From: Lachnospiraceae bacterium
GTDB taxonomy: Bacteria > Bacillota > Clostridia > Lachnospirales > Lachnospiraceae
NCBI GenBank assembly: GCA_017440045.1
Contig: JAFSIA010000011.1
Coordinates: 96 to 64,095 of the forward strand
Direction of reading: 5' to 3'
Length of the DNA: 64,000 nt
Part shown: positions 45,878 to 55,868 of the stretch, piece after piece
Numbering within the stretch: position 1 is the first letter of the stretch
How the letters are laid out: every line of letters starts with the position of its first letter
Notes under the pieces: model-generated
The model's database searches: none
What the model was told of the DNA's origin: nothing
Seen by the model: only the letters and a program-made list of their open reading frames with translations
Made by a program: the position numbers and the translations under genes

Positions 45878-47776
45878 ATGAGAAAAAAAATAATCCAGTT
45901 TACAGCTTTAACCTTATCAGCTGTTCTTCTCTTTACAGGCTGTCACAATGCAAGATTTGACCGCTTTTTAAAAGATGAAACCACTACTGGTACTGAAGAA
46001 AATACTTCCAAAGGTGAAGAGGAAACTACTGACAGCAACGAGCCTATACCTGATGGTCCCGGTTCCTCACAAAATACAAAAAATCCAAAGGATAAAGAGT
46101 TTACAGCAGAGCAAATTGAAGTTCAGGAATCATTTAATAAATTTTTAGATGATGAATATAAGGAGTCTCAGGCATACAGCCTTGTGTCTACTCATTTTGA
46201 TTTACAAAATCCTGAGAATTTTGGCATTACAGAATATGAGTCTATTTGGGGTGATTACACTATAGATGATTATCTAAATTCTTATGATGAAGACAAAGCT
46301 CTCCTTGATACTCTTTTGACATATGATTACAGCGCTCTTACTTATGAGCAGCAGTTAACATATGACACTATGAAGGAATATCTTGAAAACTGCCTGCCAC
46401 TAGATGAATACTTTTACTTTAGTGAATATTTTTCACCAGCTTCCGGCGTACAGTTTGAGCTGCCTCTTATTTTATCTGAATACTCACTAGACGACGAACA
46501 GGATATCAAGGATTACCTGACTGTTTTGGAAAACTGTGATGAATATGTATTAGGTCTTTTAGATATTGAAGAATGGCGCGCAGAGAAGGGCTACGCTTTA
46601 GCCGATGAGGCTATTGATGAGGTTGTAACTCAGTGTAATGATATTCTCTCTGCATCAGAGCCTGCATTTATGTCAGTTATTTTTAAGGTGATAGATGAAT
46701 GTGAGTTTGTCACAGCCGAGGAGAAGGAAAGCTATAAATCGCAGATAAGACAGCTTGCTACAGATAACTTCATTCCGGCATACCAGAGCATCATATCAGG
46801 ACTTACAGCGCTTAAAGGCTCTAAGACAACAGAAGGAGGTCTTTCTGAATATGAGGGTGGCGAGGAATACTATGAAGCTTTAGTGAGACTTTATACAGGC
46901 TCAGATAAAACTATAGACGAGCTTATAGAAGTGATTGAGGACGATTTATACGACAATATAGTAGCCTTTTCAACTATCCTCACTAAAGACCCTGATATAT
47001 ATGATAAGCTGGATGGCGACCTTAACTACACATACACAGAGCCAGATGAAATACTTACAAATCTTATGAGTATGCTCACTAAAGATTTCCCAGCTCCTGT
47101 GTGCACAACATACAATTTAAAATATGTGGCAGAGTCAATGCAGAGCTCCTCAAACCCTGCATTTTACCTGATTCCACAATATGACAATTATGAGAGAAAT
47201 ATTATATATGTAAATCCTAACGAGAAGTATGCTCATATGGATTTATTCCCACTACTTGCTCATGAAGGAATGCCTGGTCATATGTATCAGAACAATTACT
47301 TCCTAAGCTTGAACCCACACCCAATGCGTACACTTATGAGCTTTGGCGGATATGCTGAGGGCTGGGCACAGTATGTAGAGTACTATTCATACGATTGGTC
47401 CGGACTTGAGCCATTATTAGCTGAAGCTATCAGGTCAAACGACAGATTTGGTTTTGCTCTTTATTCAAGAGTGGATATCGGCGTAAATTATGAGGGTTGG
47501 AATGTTGATGATATCGAGGACTTCCTCTCTCAGTATACAACTGCAGGTCGTGAGCTTGCTGAGGATCTATACGAGATGTTTATCTACGACCCTGCCACAT
47601 ACCTTCAGTATTACATTGGCAATTTAGAGATATTGGAGCTTAGGGCAAAAGCCGAGGACCAGCTGGGTAAAGACTTTAATATAAAAGATTTCCACGAATT
47701 TTTCTTAACAGTTGGACCTACCTACTATGATATAATCTACGACAGAATGCTTATGTGGATTGACGAAGAATACTAG
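45878..47776 (+). CDS. DUF885-family lipoprotein (metallopeptidase-like HExxH)
   Basis: The ATG at 45878 follows AGAGGGAG. The lipobox is LLFTGC. It also has LAHEGMPGHMYQ and a YAEGWAQY block. Confidence 0.75.
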   Translation: MRKKIIQFTALTLSAVLLFTGCHNARFDRFLKDETTTGTEENTSKGEEETTDSNEPIPDGPGSSQNTKNPKDKEFTAEQIEVQESFNKFLDDEYKESQAYSLVSTHFDLQNPENFGITEYESIWGDYTIDDYLNSYDEDKALLDTLLTYDYSALTYEQQLTYDTMKEYLENCLPLDEYFYFSEYFSPASGVQFELPLILSEYSLDDEQDIKDYLTVLENCDEYVLGLLDIEEWRAEKGYALADEAIDEVVTQCNDILSASEPAFMSVIFKVIDECEFVTAEEKESYKSQIRQLATDNFIPAYQSIISGLTALKGSKTTEGGLSEYEGGEEYYEALVRLYTGSDKTIDELIEVIEDDLYDNIVAFSTILTKDPDIYDKLDGDLNYTYTEPDEILTNLMSMLTKDFPAPVCTTYNLKYVAESMQSSSNPAFYLIPQYDNYERNIIYVNPNEKYAHMDLFPLLAHEGMPGHMYQNNYFLSLNPHPMRTLMSFGGYAEGWAQYVEYYSYDWSGLEPLLAEAIRSNDRFGFALYSRVDIGVNYEGWNVDDIEDFLSQYTTAGRELAEDLYEMFIYDPATYLQYYIGNLEILELRAKAEDQLGKDFNIKDFHEFFLTVGPTYYDIIYDRMLMWIDEEY

Positions 47777-47794
47777 AAACTTTTAATTAAAATG

Positions 47795-47834
47795 AGCATA
47801 TACTACACTAAAAACATTTGGTGTAGTATATGCT
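47795..47834 (+). terminator. 14-bp perfect hairpin after the DUF885 gene whose 3' arm contains the spmA-like start codon
   Basis: agcatatactacac (47795-47808) pairs with gtgtagtatatgct (47821-47834). The ATG of the next ORF is at 47830-47832. Confidence 0.6.
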
Positions 47835-48402
47835 TAATTATTTATGGGCAGGTATGATTCTTATAGGTATTGTCTATGGTGCCTTCACCGGAAATCTGTC
47901 AGCCATCGGAAATGGTGCACTGGAATCTGCCAATGATGCTGTATCCTTAGCCATCACCATGCTGGGTGTCATAAGCATGTGGACTGGTCTTATGGAAATC
48001 GCCAAGGAATGTGGAATAATCTCCAGCGCATCCAGATTTATGTCCCCACTTATCAGGTTTTTATTTCCCGACGTTCCTAAAGACAGCAAGGCGTCAGAAT
48101 ACATAACGACAAACTTTATCGCCAATATTTTTGGCTTGGGATGGGCTGCCACCCCTGCTGGTCTAAAAGCTATGGAGGAATTGTCCAAACTAAATAAATC
48201 AGATGCTGCCAGCAATGCAATGTGCACTTTTTTAGTAATTAATATTTCATCCTTACAGCTTATCCCGGTTAACATGATTGCTTACCGCACGGAATATGGC
48301 AGTGCAAACCCATCAGCAATTCTATTTCCGGCACTCATTGCCACATCTGTGGGTACTATTGTTGCTATATTATACTGCAAAATAAAAAATCGTTTTTCTT
48401 GA
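47830..48402 (+). CDS. nucleoside-recognition-domain membrane protein (SpmA-like)
   Basis: 190 aa beginning MLNYLWAGMILIGIVYG, with other hydrophobic blocks including GLGWAATPAGLKAM. No spmB-like partner follows. Confidence 0.7.
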   Translation: MLNYLWAGMILIGIVYGAFTGNLSAIGNGALESANDAVSLAITMLGVISMWTGLMEIAKECGIISSASRFMSPLIRFLFPDVPKDSKASEYITTNFIANIFGLGWAATPAGLKAMEELSKLNKSDAASNAMCTFLVINISSLQLIPVNMIAYRTEYGSANPSAILFPALIATSVGTIVAILYCKIKNRFS

Positions 48403-48457
48403 TATTTTGCCGATTATATTGTATCATCAAAAGTAACTAGAGCCATAGGAGGCATAA

Positions 48458-48910
48458 ATGAATTCTAACGATAATGTTTACAATACATTTAATGAAATTT
48501 TGGTAAAGCTTTTCACAGATATTATGCGTATTGAAGAGAAAGCTATTATTACTGACGACTTTAAGGACATCAGTAACAATGATATGCATATTATCGAAGC
48601 TATCGGTATATCTCAGCCAAAAAATATGTCCTCTGTTGCAAAAGCTCTATCAGTCACTGTTGGTACCCTCACTATTGCCATCAACAACTTGGTAAAAAAG
48701 GGATATGTCAACCGTGAACGAAGCGAATCAGACAGACGTGTTGTGTTTATTTCTCTGTCCGACAAGGGACGTGCTGCTTATGCACATCACGCTGCATTCC
48801 ACGATGAAATGATAAAAGCCACCATTAATGGTCTAAACCAGGATGAGGTTCAGGTTCTCGTTAAATCCTTAAGCAACCTGGTAGACTTCTTTAAACAATG
48901 GCGGCAATAA
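48458..48910 (+). CDS. MarR family transcriptional regulator
   Basis: 150 aa with a winged-helix region (ALSVTVGTLTIAINNLVKKGYVNRERSESDRRVVFISLSDKG). Confidence 0.85.
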   Translation: MNSNDNVYNTFNEILVKLFTDIMRIEEKAIITDDFKDISNNDMHIIEAIGISQPKNMSSVAKALSVTVGTLTIAINNLVKKGYVNRERSESDRRVVFISLSDKGRAAYAHHAAFHDEMIKATINGLNQDEVQVLVKSLSNLVDFFKQWRQ

Positions 48911-48930
48911 ACATACAAGGAGGTTTCCCT

Positions 48931-49083
48931 ATGGATAAGAATCTTATTAACATCGATGAGTTGACAAGTGCTCTCTCAGAACTTGGTGACGTAAAATATT
49001 CAGACGAAATGATGACCGAAGAGATGAAGGCATCACAGCGTCGCTGTGAACAATATATTGAAAAGCATATGGAAGACAAGTAG
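48931..49083 (+). CDS. small hypothetical protein (50 aa)
   Basis: The ATG at 48931 follows AGGAGG, and a terminator follows the ORF. No homology recognised. Confidence 0.4.
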   Translation: MDKNLINIDELTSALSELGDVKYSDEMMTEEMKASQRRCEQYIEKHMEDK

Positions 49084-49107
49084 GGCATTGCCCCACTTGT
49101 CTTTTTC
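49074..49107 (+). terminator. Rho-independent terminator
   Basis: agacaagtagggc / gccccacttgtct, followed by ttttt. Confidence 0.7.
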
Positions 49108-49115
49108 TTTGCTCT

Positions 49116-49958
49116 TTATTTATCTAACAAGGCATCATATATTTCTCTCTTTGATACGCCTCTATCCTTTGCAACTACTTTCATAGCTTCTTTTTTATCC
49201 ATACCTTTTGAGAGATATAATTCCATGTGCTCATCTATAGTCATTTCCATAAAAGACTGAATACTCTCGTCCTTTAATTCCTTAAAAGTTTTTCCTGCGA
49301 TAACTAAAACATGCTCACCCTTTGGCTCTGTCTCTTCATATTTTTCTATTAATGCAGACAGTGTGGATTTATCTGCATTTTCATGAACCTTTGTAAGCTC
49401 TTTACAAAGTGTTATACTTCTGTCTCCCAACACCTCATAAAGCTCCTTTAATGTCTTTAAAAGATGATGTGGTGCCTCGTAGATTATGATTGTCCTAGTC
49501 TCATCTTTAAGCTCCTCTAATACAAGACTTCTCTCCTTTTTATCTGCCGGCAAAAAAGCCTCAAATGCAAAACGTCTCGTAGGCTGTCCTGACATTGTAA
49601 GAGCTGTAATACATGCGGCAGGGCCAGGTACTGAAGACACCTCTATTCCTGCTTCGAAGCACTGTCTCACCAGCTCCTCACCAGGGTCGGAAATTCCCGG
49701 TGTGCCTGCATCTGTTATAAGGGCTATATTTTTCCCTGAAAGCATTTCATCTACCAGATACTTTGCCTTATCAACCTTGTTGTACTCATGATAGCTGGTC
49801 ATTGGTGTCTTTATATCAAAATGATTCAGTAGTTTAATGCTGTGTCTTGTGTCCTCTGCACCAATCAAATCTACCTCGTTTAATATTCTAAGTACTCTAT
49901 ATGTAATATCCTCCAAATTCCCTATAGGTGTTGCACATAAATATAATTTTCCGGCCAT
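49116..49958 (-). CDS. rsmI: 16S rRNA (cytidine1402-2'-O)-methyltransferase
   Basis: 280 aa beginning LYLCATPIGNLEDIT, with a tetrapyrrole-methylase-like fold pattern including DAGTPGISDPG. Confidence 0.9.
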   Translation of the reverse strand: MAGKLYLCATPIGNLEDITYRVLRILNEVDLIGAEDTRHSIKLLNHFDIKTPMTSYHEYNKVDKAKYLVDEMLSGKNIALITDAGTPGISDPGEELVRQCFEAGIEVSSVPGPAACITALTMSGQPTRRFAFEAFLPADKKERSLVLEELKDETRTIIIYEAPHHLLKTLKELYEVLGDRSITLCKELTKVHENADKSTLSALIEKYEETEPKGEHVLVIAGKTFKELKDESIQSFMEMTIDEHMELYLSKGMDKKEAMKVVAKDRGVSKREIYDALLDK

Positions 49959-50028
49959 CTTATTCTCCTTCCTAAGTTAACCAATTATAGTCTCCATAAT
50001 TACCACAAAAGGGCCGCTTCTCGCAGCC

Positions 50029-50787
50029 CTAATCATTTCCATAGAGCTCAATAAGCTCCTTAGTATAAACATTTATATCCTCATAAACTACCAGTGGCTC
50101 CTCTATTTTTACCATAGATTTTCCACCCTTTAAAGCCTCTATCAAAACCATATTAGCTTCCTTGTCCTTGTATGGATGTACAAATCTTATGCGTTTTGGC
50201 TCAAGCTTATACTTTGTCATCATCTGTATAATTTCTACAAGTCTGTGAGGTCTGTGAACCATATACATTCTGCCATTTTGCTTAAGTACTGCTGCTCCCT
50301 CTCTCACCACATCCTCCAAATTGCACAACACCTCATGCCTTGCAATTGCTTTTGGCATATGAGGATTCTTTATACCATGAAGGTCATTCATATATGGTGG
50401 GTTTACCGTGACCACATTAAAGACACCTTTTCCAAATATATTTGAGGCTTCCTTTATGTCACCATCCACTATATTTATCTTCTCTGAAAGATTATTTAAT
50501 ATGACGCTCCTTCTTGCCATATTGGCGCTATCCGGCTGTATCTCAAGAGCTGTGAAATGCTCCCCGTCAGTCTTTGCCTCCATAAGGATAGGGATAATAC
50601 CTGTGCCTGTTCCTAAGTCAAGTACCTTCTCACCTTCTTTTGCTGTAGCAAAGCTGCTAAGCAGTACTGCATCCATACCAAAGCAAAACTTCTCCGGGTT
50701 CTGGATGATTTTGTAGCCGTTTCTCTGTAAGTCGTCTATTCTCTCACCTGGCTCTAAATTAGTCATCAAATTTTGACTTTCCTTCAT
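50029..50787 (-). CDS. tRNA (adenine-N6)-methyltransferase, YabB/TrmN6-like (start 50787 or 50766)
   Basis: SAM motif VLDLGTGTGIIP and catalytic NPPY (VTVNPPYM). It sits in the yabB position next to rsmI. Confidence 0.8.
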   Translation of the reverse strand: MKESQNLMTNLEPGERIDDLQRNGYKIIQNPEKFCFGMDAVLLSSFATAKEGEKVLDLGTGTGIIPILMEAKTDGEHFTALEIQPDSANMARRSVILNNLSEKINIVDGDIKEASNIFGKGVFNVVTVNPPYMNDLHGIKNPHMPKAIARHEVLCNLEDVVREGAAVLKQNGRMYMVHRPHRLVEIIQMMTKYKLEPKRIRFVHPYKDKEANMVLIEALKGGKSMVKIEEPLVVYEDINVYTKELIELYGND

Positions 50788-51664
50788 TTCTCTCCAACGC
50801 CTCAAGAGCTCTAAGCTCCTCATCATTTACGTTAAACTTCTCACGTCTCTTCTTTGGCTTAAACTTAAGCTCGTCCACCTTGTACTCTCTTATTTCCTTC
50901 TCGTCACCGATTTCAACTATTACCTTCACAAGCTGGCGGAGAACATTTACACTGTTAACCTCTCCTCTTAAGCCATCAATAGTATTTACGAAATCACCAA
51001 CATCTGGAAGTCTTGAGTTTAGGTACTCATATGTCTCTTCCTCATTCTTTAAACAGCACATAAGTCTGCCACAGACACCGGAAATCTTTATGGGATTCAA
51101 TGAGAGATTCTGCTCCTTCGCCATCTTTATAGACACTGGGGCAAACTCTGAAAGATATGTGCTACAGCAAAGTGGTCTGCCACAAATGCTGATACCTCCC
51201 AAAACCTTAGTCTCATCTCTGACACCTATCTGTCTAAGCTCGATACGAATCTTAAATACTGCTGCCAAATCCTTTACTAGCTCTCTAAAGTCTATACGGC
51301 CATCTGCTGTAAAGTAGAAAAGTACCTTATTATTATCAAATGTATACTCTGTATCAATGAGCTTCATATCTAGACCGTGCTTTTTAATCTTCTCCATGCA
51401 TATATCAAATGCCTTCTTTTCCTTATCACGGTTCTCCATATCCACCTTGTCATCCTCAGGTGTAGCTACCCTTATAACTGGCTTAAGCGGTTGAACAACC
51501 TTATCATCCTCAACCTCTCTAACGCCTAAAACAACATTACCATATTCGACACCTCTTGCTGTCTCTACGATAACATGCTGACCTGCTTCTATATCAAGTC
51601 CAATTGGATCAAAGTAATATATTTTTCCTGTTCGTCTAAATCTGACTCCTATAACCTTTATCAT
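50759..51664 (-). CDS. yaaT: PSP1-domain protein (YaaT/RicT-like)
   Basis: 301 aa with conserved Cys clusters (CGRPLCC, CGRLMCC). It is located downstream of holB. Confidence 0.88.
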   Translation of the reverse strand: MIKVIGVRFRRTGKIYYFDPIGLDIEAGQHVIVETARGVEYGNVVLGVREVEDDKVVQPLKPVIRVATPEDDKVDMENRDKEKKAFDICMEKIKKHGLDMKLIDTEYTFDNNKVLFYFTADGRIDFRELVKDLAAVFKIRIELRQIGVRDETKVLGGISICGRPLCCSTYLSEFAPVSIKMAKEQNLSLNPIKISGVCGRLMCCLKNEEETYEYLNSRLPDVGDFVNTIDGLRGEVNSVNVLRQLVKVIVEIGDEKEIREYKVDELKFKPKKRREKFNVNDEELRALEALERNEGKSKFDD

Positions 51665-51742
51665 AATATCTCCATTCCTTCACCTAACGTGAACTACTAT
51701 ATAATAACATAAAAGACATACATATTTCCACAAAAAAATGTA

Positions 51743-52738
51743 TTATTGGAATATTGCTCTTATATTTATAAAAAGCAGCTCCAGGGCAATGTCAAAATTT
51801 ACATTAGATTTAAGTCTGCCCTTTAATTCCTCAATGCCTGAAAACACCTGCTCTAAGCCCTCATACTCCACTGCCTTTGCCTGCTTTTCGATAATTCCCC
51901 TCTCATCACTAAACACAATTTGAGAAGCCTCGCCTGATGCCTTATATAAAAGCACGTCTCTAAACCATGTAATCACAAGATTTAAATAGCTATCCATATC
52001 ATTTTTGTAGGCAGATAACTCCTTCACCGCCTGATTTATGTCGGATGCACTCATTCTCTCGATGTTTTTTAATGTCCTCGCCACATCATCCTTCATCTGT
52101 ATAAAATCGTCTGACAACGCTATATTCATAGCCCTTCCAAGATTTCCTCCGGCAAATCTCACAGACAGACCAGCCTGATAATCGGGCATCCCCTTCTTTG
52201 ATGTGAGATATTCTTTAATCTGCTCATCATTTAGTGGTCGAAGATTGAGACTTACACATCTCGACAGAATTGTCTGCAAAAGCATCTCCCTATTTGCTGT
52301 TAGAATTAACACCATACCATATGACGGTGGCTCCTCTATGGTCTTTAGAAGAGTATTTTGTGCAGCCGGAGTCATTTTTTCAGCCTCATCTATTATATAT
52401 ATTTTATATCTTCCAGAATATGGCTTTATGGCCATATCGTTTACCAGCTGTTCCCTGATTTCATCTACAGATATGCTTGTTGGCTTCTCATGAGTTATCC
52501 ACTTGATATCCGGATGATTTCTGCCAGCTGCCTGCTTGCAGCTTCTACATTCCATACATGGCTCATCTGCACCTGTTTCACACTGAAGAGCTGTTGAGAA
52601 TACATCGGCAATAAGCTTCTTACCCATACCGGCTTCACCGTTCAAAATATAAGCATGAGATACAGTTCCCATGCTTGTGGCTTTTCTCATATGCGAGATA
52701 ATATTTTTTTGCCCAATTATATCCTTAAAACCTGCCAT
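51743..52738 (-). CDS. holB: DNA polymerase III delta' subunit
   Basis: 331 aa with HAYILNGEAGMGK, the zinc module CMECRSCKQ and LSRC. Confidence 0.9.
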   Translation of the reverse strand: MAGFKDIIGQKNIISHMRKATSMGTVSHAYILNGEAGMGKKLIADVFSTALQCETGADEPCMECRSCKQAAGRNHPDIKWITHEKPTSISVDEIREQLVNDMAIKPYSGRYKIYIIDEAEKMTPAAQNTLLKTIEEPPSYGMVLILTANREMLLQTILSRCVSLNLRPLNDEQIKEYLTSKKGMPDYQAGLSVRFAGGNLGRAMNIALSDDFIQMKDDVARTLKNIERMSASDINQAVKELSAYKNDMDSYLNLVITWFRDVLLYKASGEASQIVFSDERGIIEKQAKAVEYEGLEQVFSGIEELKGRLKSNVNFDIALELLFINIRAIFQ

Positions 52739-52746
52739 ATATCCTC

Positions 52747-53196
52747 CTAAGTCAATATATCTAAAATCAATCCCTCTATCTCTCCAACCTTCATAAGGAT
52801 TGCAAGATTATCCTTCTCTTCCTTTAAAAGCTCCTCTGCCAGCTCATCTAAATTTTCGTCAATAAGTCTTATGATACCATATACTCTGTGACGACCTCTT
52901 CTATCTAAAAAATTTTCTCTTGAGAACTTATGGCTTCTAAAGACTACTTCATTCAAAAAGGACTTAATAAGCTCCCTGTATCTTCTCATATCCCTCACAT
53001 CTGTGCGCTTAGATATCTTTTTTCCCTGCTCGGAAATCTCATTTACAAGGGCACTTACCTTCGCCTGTATATCAGCCTCCTGTATATTACTAATAAGAGT
53101 AAACTTAAATGCTCCGTCTGTCTCCTTTGTATACTTTGGCGCTTCCACACGATTGGCATTTAAAAGCTCTGATATTCGCATATCCATATTGTCCAT
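52747..53196 (-). CDS. YaaR/DUF327 family protein
   Basis: 149 aa in the conserved position upstream of holB. Confidence 0.7.
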   Translation of the reverse strand: MDNMDMRISELLNANRVEAPKYTKETDGAFKFTLISNIQEADIQAKVSALVNEISEQGKKISKRTDVRDMRRYRELIKSFLNEVVFRSHKFSRENFLDRRGRHRVYGIIRLIDENLDELAEELLKEEKDNLAILMKVGEIEGLILDILT

Positions 53197-53246
53197 AAGC
53201 TCACCTCTTTTCTTCTTTTCATTTCACATATTAGCATTGACTGTAT

Positions 53247-53834
53247 TTATTTGGCTAATATTCTTTCCCGTACCTCTAATATACAAGTACCAAAATCTTC
53301 ATTTACTATCTGATAATCAATCTGGCATCTCTCTATATTCTCTTTAGAGAAATCCTTCTCATCAGCTAAAAATCTTCTGCAAAGCTCCGCATACTTAGGC
53401 TTATCCTGAGACTTCTCCCTATCCAATGCCCTCTGCAATCTGACGCCATCATCTACAGTTATATAAAGGGGCACCAGATATTCTTTTCCAAAGTAATTTC
53501 TTACCTTCTCATAGGACTCTAAGGTACCAATTAGAAGATACCTGTCATCGCCCTTTAAATCTATCTGACCATCATCCACAGTAAAGTAACTCCACACTCC
53601 GTGGACAGTATCATAGCTTCTTCTCTCTATTACCTTGCCCTGCTTCTCCAGCTCCCTCATTCTGTTCTCATCAACAAAATGATACTCCACGCCTTCAGTC
53701 TCTCCCTCTCTCATAGGTCTTGTGGTATAACCTACGATAGTTTTAAGGCTTAGCTCTTCATCCTCTATAAGCTTTTTAAATATGGTATCCTTCCCCGAGG
53801 AGCTTTTGCCCATCAGGTAATATATTTTTCCCAT
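53247..53834 (-). CDS. guanylate kinase-like protein (occupies the tmk position of the B. subtilis-type cluster)
   Basis: 195 aa with P-loop GKSSSGKDT and YTTRPMREGETEGVEYHFV. Confidence 0.75.
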   Translation of the reverse strand: MGKIYYLMGKSSSGKDTIFKKLIEDEELSLKTIVGYTTRPMREGETEGVEYHFVDENRMRELEKQGKVIERRSYDTVHGVWSYFTVDDGQIDLKGDDRYLLIGTLESYEKVRNYFGKEYLVPLYITVDDGVRLQRALDREKSQDKPKYAELCRRFLADEKDFSKENIERCQIDYQIVNEDFGTCILEVRERILAK

Positions 53835-55332
53835 AACTAAATTCCTTCCAGTTTTCTTTTATAACCATTATCTCATTTAATGTATCGTCCATCTGGCCAC
53901 ATACGTCAAGACCATCTGCCTTACACTTCAAAAGATAATCAATAGTTGCTCTGTCTAACATCTCACCAGGCACCACCACTGGCACTCCAGGCGGATAAAG
54001 ATAAATGTACTCAGCTGAAATTCTACCACTGCTTATGGCAAAGTCGCAAACTTCTGTCTCTGTATCTAATGCTTCATACACTTCCATACATACAACTGCC
54101 TCTTTAACCTTGTGTGCCTTATCAACGCTGTCTGTAGGGTCATTTTCAGCCACATCCTCCTTTAAGGCTTTTATCTGGCCATAACCCTCCCTTATACGAA
54201 TATCTCTGTCAATCTCCGTCAATGCTTCTATGAGTCTGTCGAAGCCTTCTTCTGTATCATTTAACGACGTCATAGCTATAACATAATCGCTGGCTGCCAT
54301 CTCCATCTGAAGCTTGTATTTTTTCAGAAGTTCCTCGTGCAAATCGTGACCGGTGTACGTAATGCTGCCAACTGTTATAACCAGCTTTCCTAAATCAAGG
54401 TCATAGGCTGCACCCTTGCCTAATATTTTTTTATCGAGAAGCTTTAAGTGAGTAAGCTTCTCTGCCTTCTCCCTAAACTTAACAAGATTCTCCTCATATT
54501 TTATAAATCCCAACGGACCCTTTTCCCTGACATCTCTTATGCAGCTATCTATACTAGCCATCAGGACATATGATGGGCTGCTTGACTGGTAAATGGAAAG
54601 ATATCTCTCCACCAGGTTTAAATCTATCATATCGCCACATACATGTAGCAGTGCAGTCTGTGTCATAGATGGCAATGTTTTATGAACACTTTGTATAACA
54701 ATATCCGCACCCTGCTCTATGGCAGACTTTGGAAAATATTCGCTCATACTAAAATGAGCTCCGTGAGCCTCATCCACTATCAATGGAATATTGTATTTAT
54801 GAGTAACACTTGCTATCGCTTTAACATATGACACTACGCCCTCATATGTTGGCGAAGTGATAACAACTGCCTTTATCTTAGGATTTGCAACTATCATATC
54901 CTCCACATCCTTTGGATGTATGCCGCCTAATATACTCAAATCCGGCAGCTTTCTAGGATACACGTACTTTGCCTTAAGCTTTCTTAGATAAACGGCATTA
55001 TACACTGCCTTATGGCAGTTTCTTGCCATAAGAATAGTTCCCCCCTGGGGAACCACAGCTGATATTGCCGAAAGTATACCACATGTACTTCCATTGACAA
55101 GATAATATGTCCTCCTTGTCCCATAGAACTCAGTTGCCATATCCATAGACTCTTTAAGCACACCTCTTGGTCTATGGAGGTTATCAAAACCATCTATCTC
55201 TGTAATATCATAGCTATAGGGGCTATCCGACAGCTGTGAGTTTCTCTTGTGCCCCGGCATATGAAATGGGTACACCTCACCCTGACCATACGTATTCAGT
55301 TTATTATATAAACTGTCTTGATGGTTACTCAT
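53776..55332 (-). CDS. Orn/Lys/Arg decarboxylase family protein (YaaO-like, PLP-dependent)
   Basis: The ATG at 55332 is preferred. It has FHMPGHKR and an SVHKTLPS (PLP Lys) block. It overlaps the next gene by 59 nt. Confidence 0.85.
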   Translation of the reverse strand: MSNHQDSLYNKLNTYGQGEVYPFHMPGHKRNSQLSDSPYSYDITEIDGFDNLHRPRGVLKESMDMATEFYGTRRTYYLVNGSTCGILSAISAVVPQGGTILMARNCHKAVYNAVYLRKLKAKYVYPRKLPDLSILGGIHPKDVEDMIVANPKIKAVVITSPTYEGVVSYVKAIASVTHKYNIPLIVDEAHGAHFSMSEYFPKSAIEQGADIVIQSVHKTLPSMTQTALLHVCGDMIDLNLVERYLSIYQSSSPSYVLMASIDSCIRDVREKGPLGFIKYEENLVKFREKAEKLTHLKLLDKKILGKGAAYDLDLGKLVITVGSITYTGHDLHEELLKKYKLQMEMAASDYVIAMTSLNDTEEGFDRLIEALTEIDRDIRIREGYGQIKALKEDVAENDPTDSVDKAHKVKEAVVCMEVYEALDTETEVCDFAISSGRISAEYIYLYPPGVPVVVPGEMLDRATIDYLLKCKADGLDVCGQMDDTLNEIMVIKENWKEFSYGKNILPDGQKLLGEGYHI

Positions 55333-55747
55333 TTGACTCCTCTTCTGCCTCTTCCACAACACTGATTTCCGGTGGTGTGTATGTTGTCTTCACAAAGAAT
55401 TTCTCAAGTCTGTCCAAAAGCTCCTCAGGCTTGTATGGCTTAACAATATAATCAACCATTCCAACTGCCATGCATCTCTCTACAATGTCCTTAGACGACA
55501 TTGCAGTGAAAAACATAACAGGAATCTCCTTTATGTCTTCCATCTCTCTAATCTGCTGCACAGTCTCTACACCGTCCATATCCGGCATATCAACGTCCAT
55601 CAAAACAATGTCTATCGGCTTTCTTTTAAGTATCTCAAGCGCAAGCTCCCCGCTGTTTGACAAATACACATCATACTTATCATTCAACACGAATTTTGCC
55701 ATTTTAAGAATTGCTTTTGTATCATCAACCACAAGTACTTTTTTCAT
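55325..55747 (-). CDS. stand-alone response regulator receiver domain (CheY-like)
   Basis: 140 aa with VLVVDD, VLMDVDMPDMDG and a conserved Lys (VKP). Confidence 0.85.
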   Translation of the reverse strand: MKKVLVVDDTKAILKMAKFVLNDKYDVYLSNSGELALEILKRKPIDIVLMDVDMPDMDGVETVQQIREMEDIKEIPVMFFTAMSSKDIVERCMAVGMVDYIVKPYKPEELLDRLEKFFVKTTYTPPEISVVEEAEEESNE

Positions 55748-55808
55748 TATATCAAGTCCTCCTGTTTGTACTTTCTACATTTTACTCCTACTCTTTATGG
55801 TATCACAA

Positions 55809-55835
55809 ATAAGGACAGTTTACAACTGTCCTTAT
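55809..55835 (-). terminator. hairpin after the DUF234 ATPase gene
   Basis: ataaggacag / ctgtccttat, a 10-bp stem with a 7-nt loop. The T-run is weak. Confidence 0.45.
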
Positions 55836-55868
55836 CCCCTACTTCAACTGGCAATGTTGATATTTACT

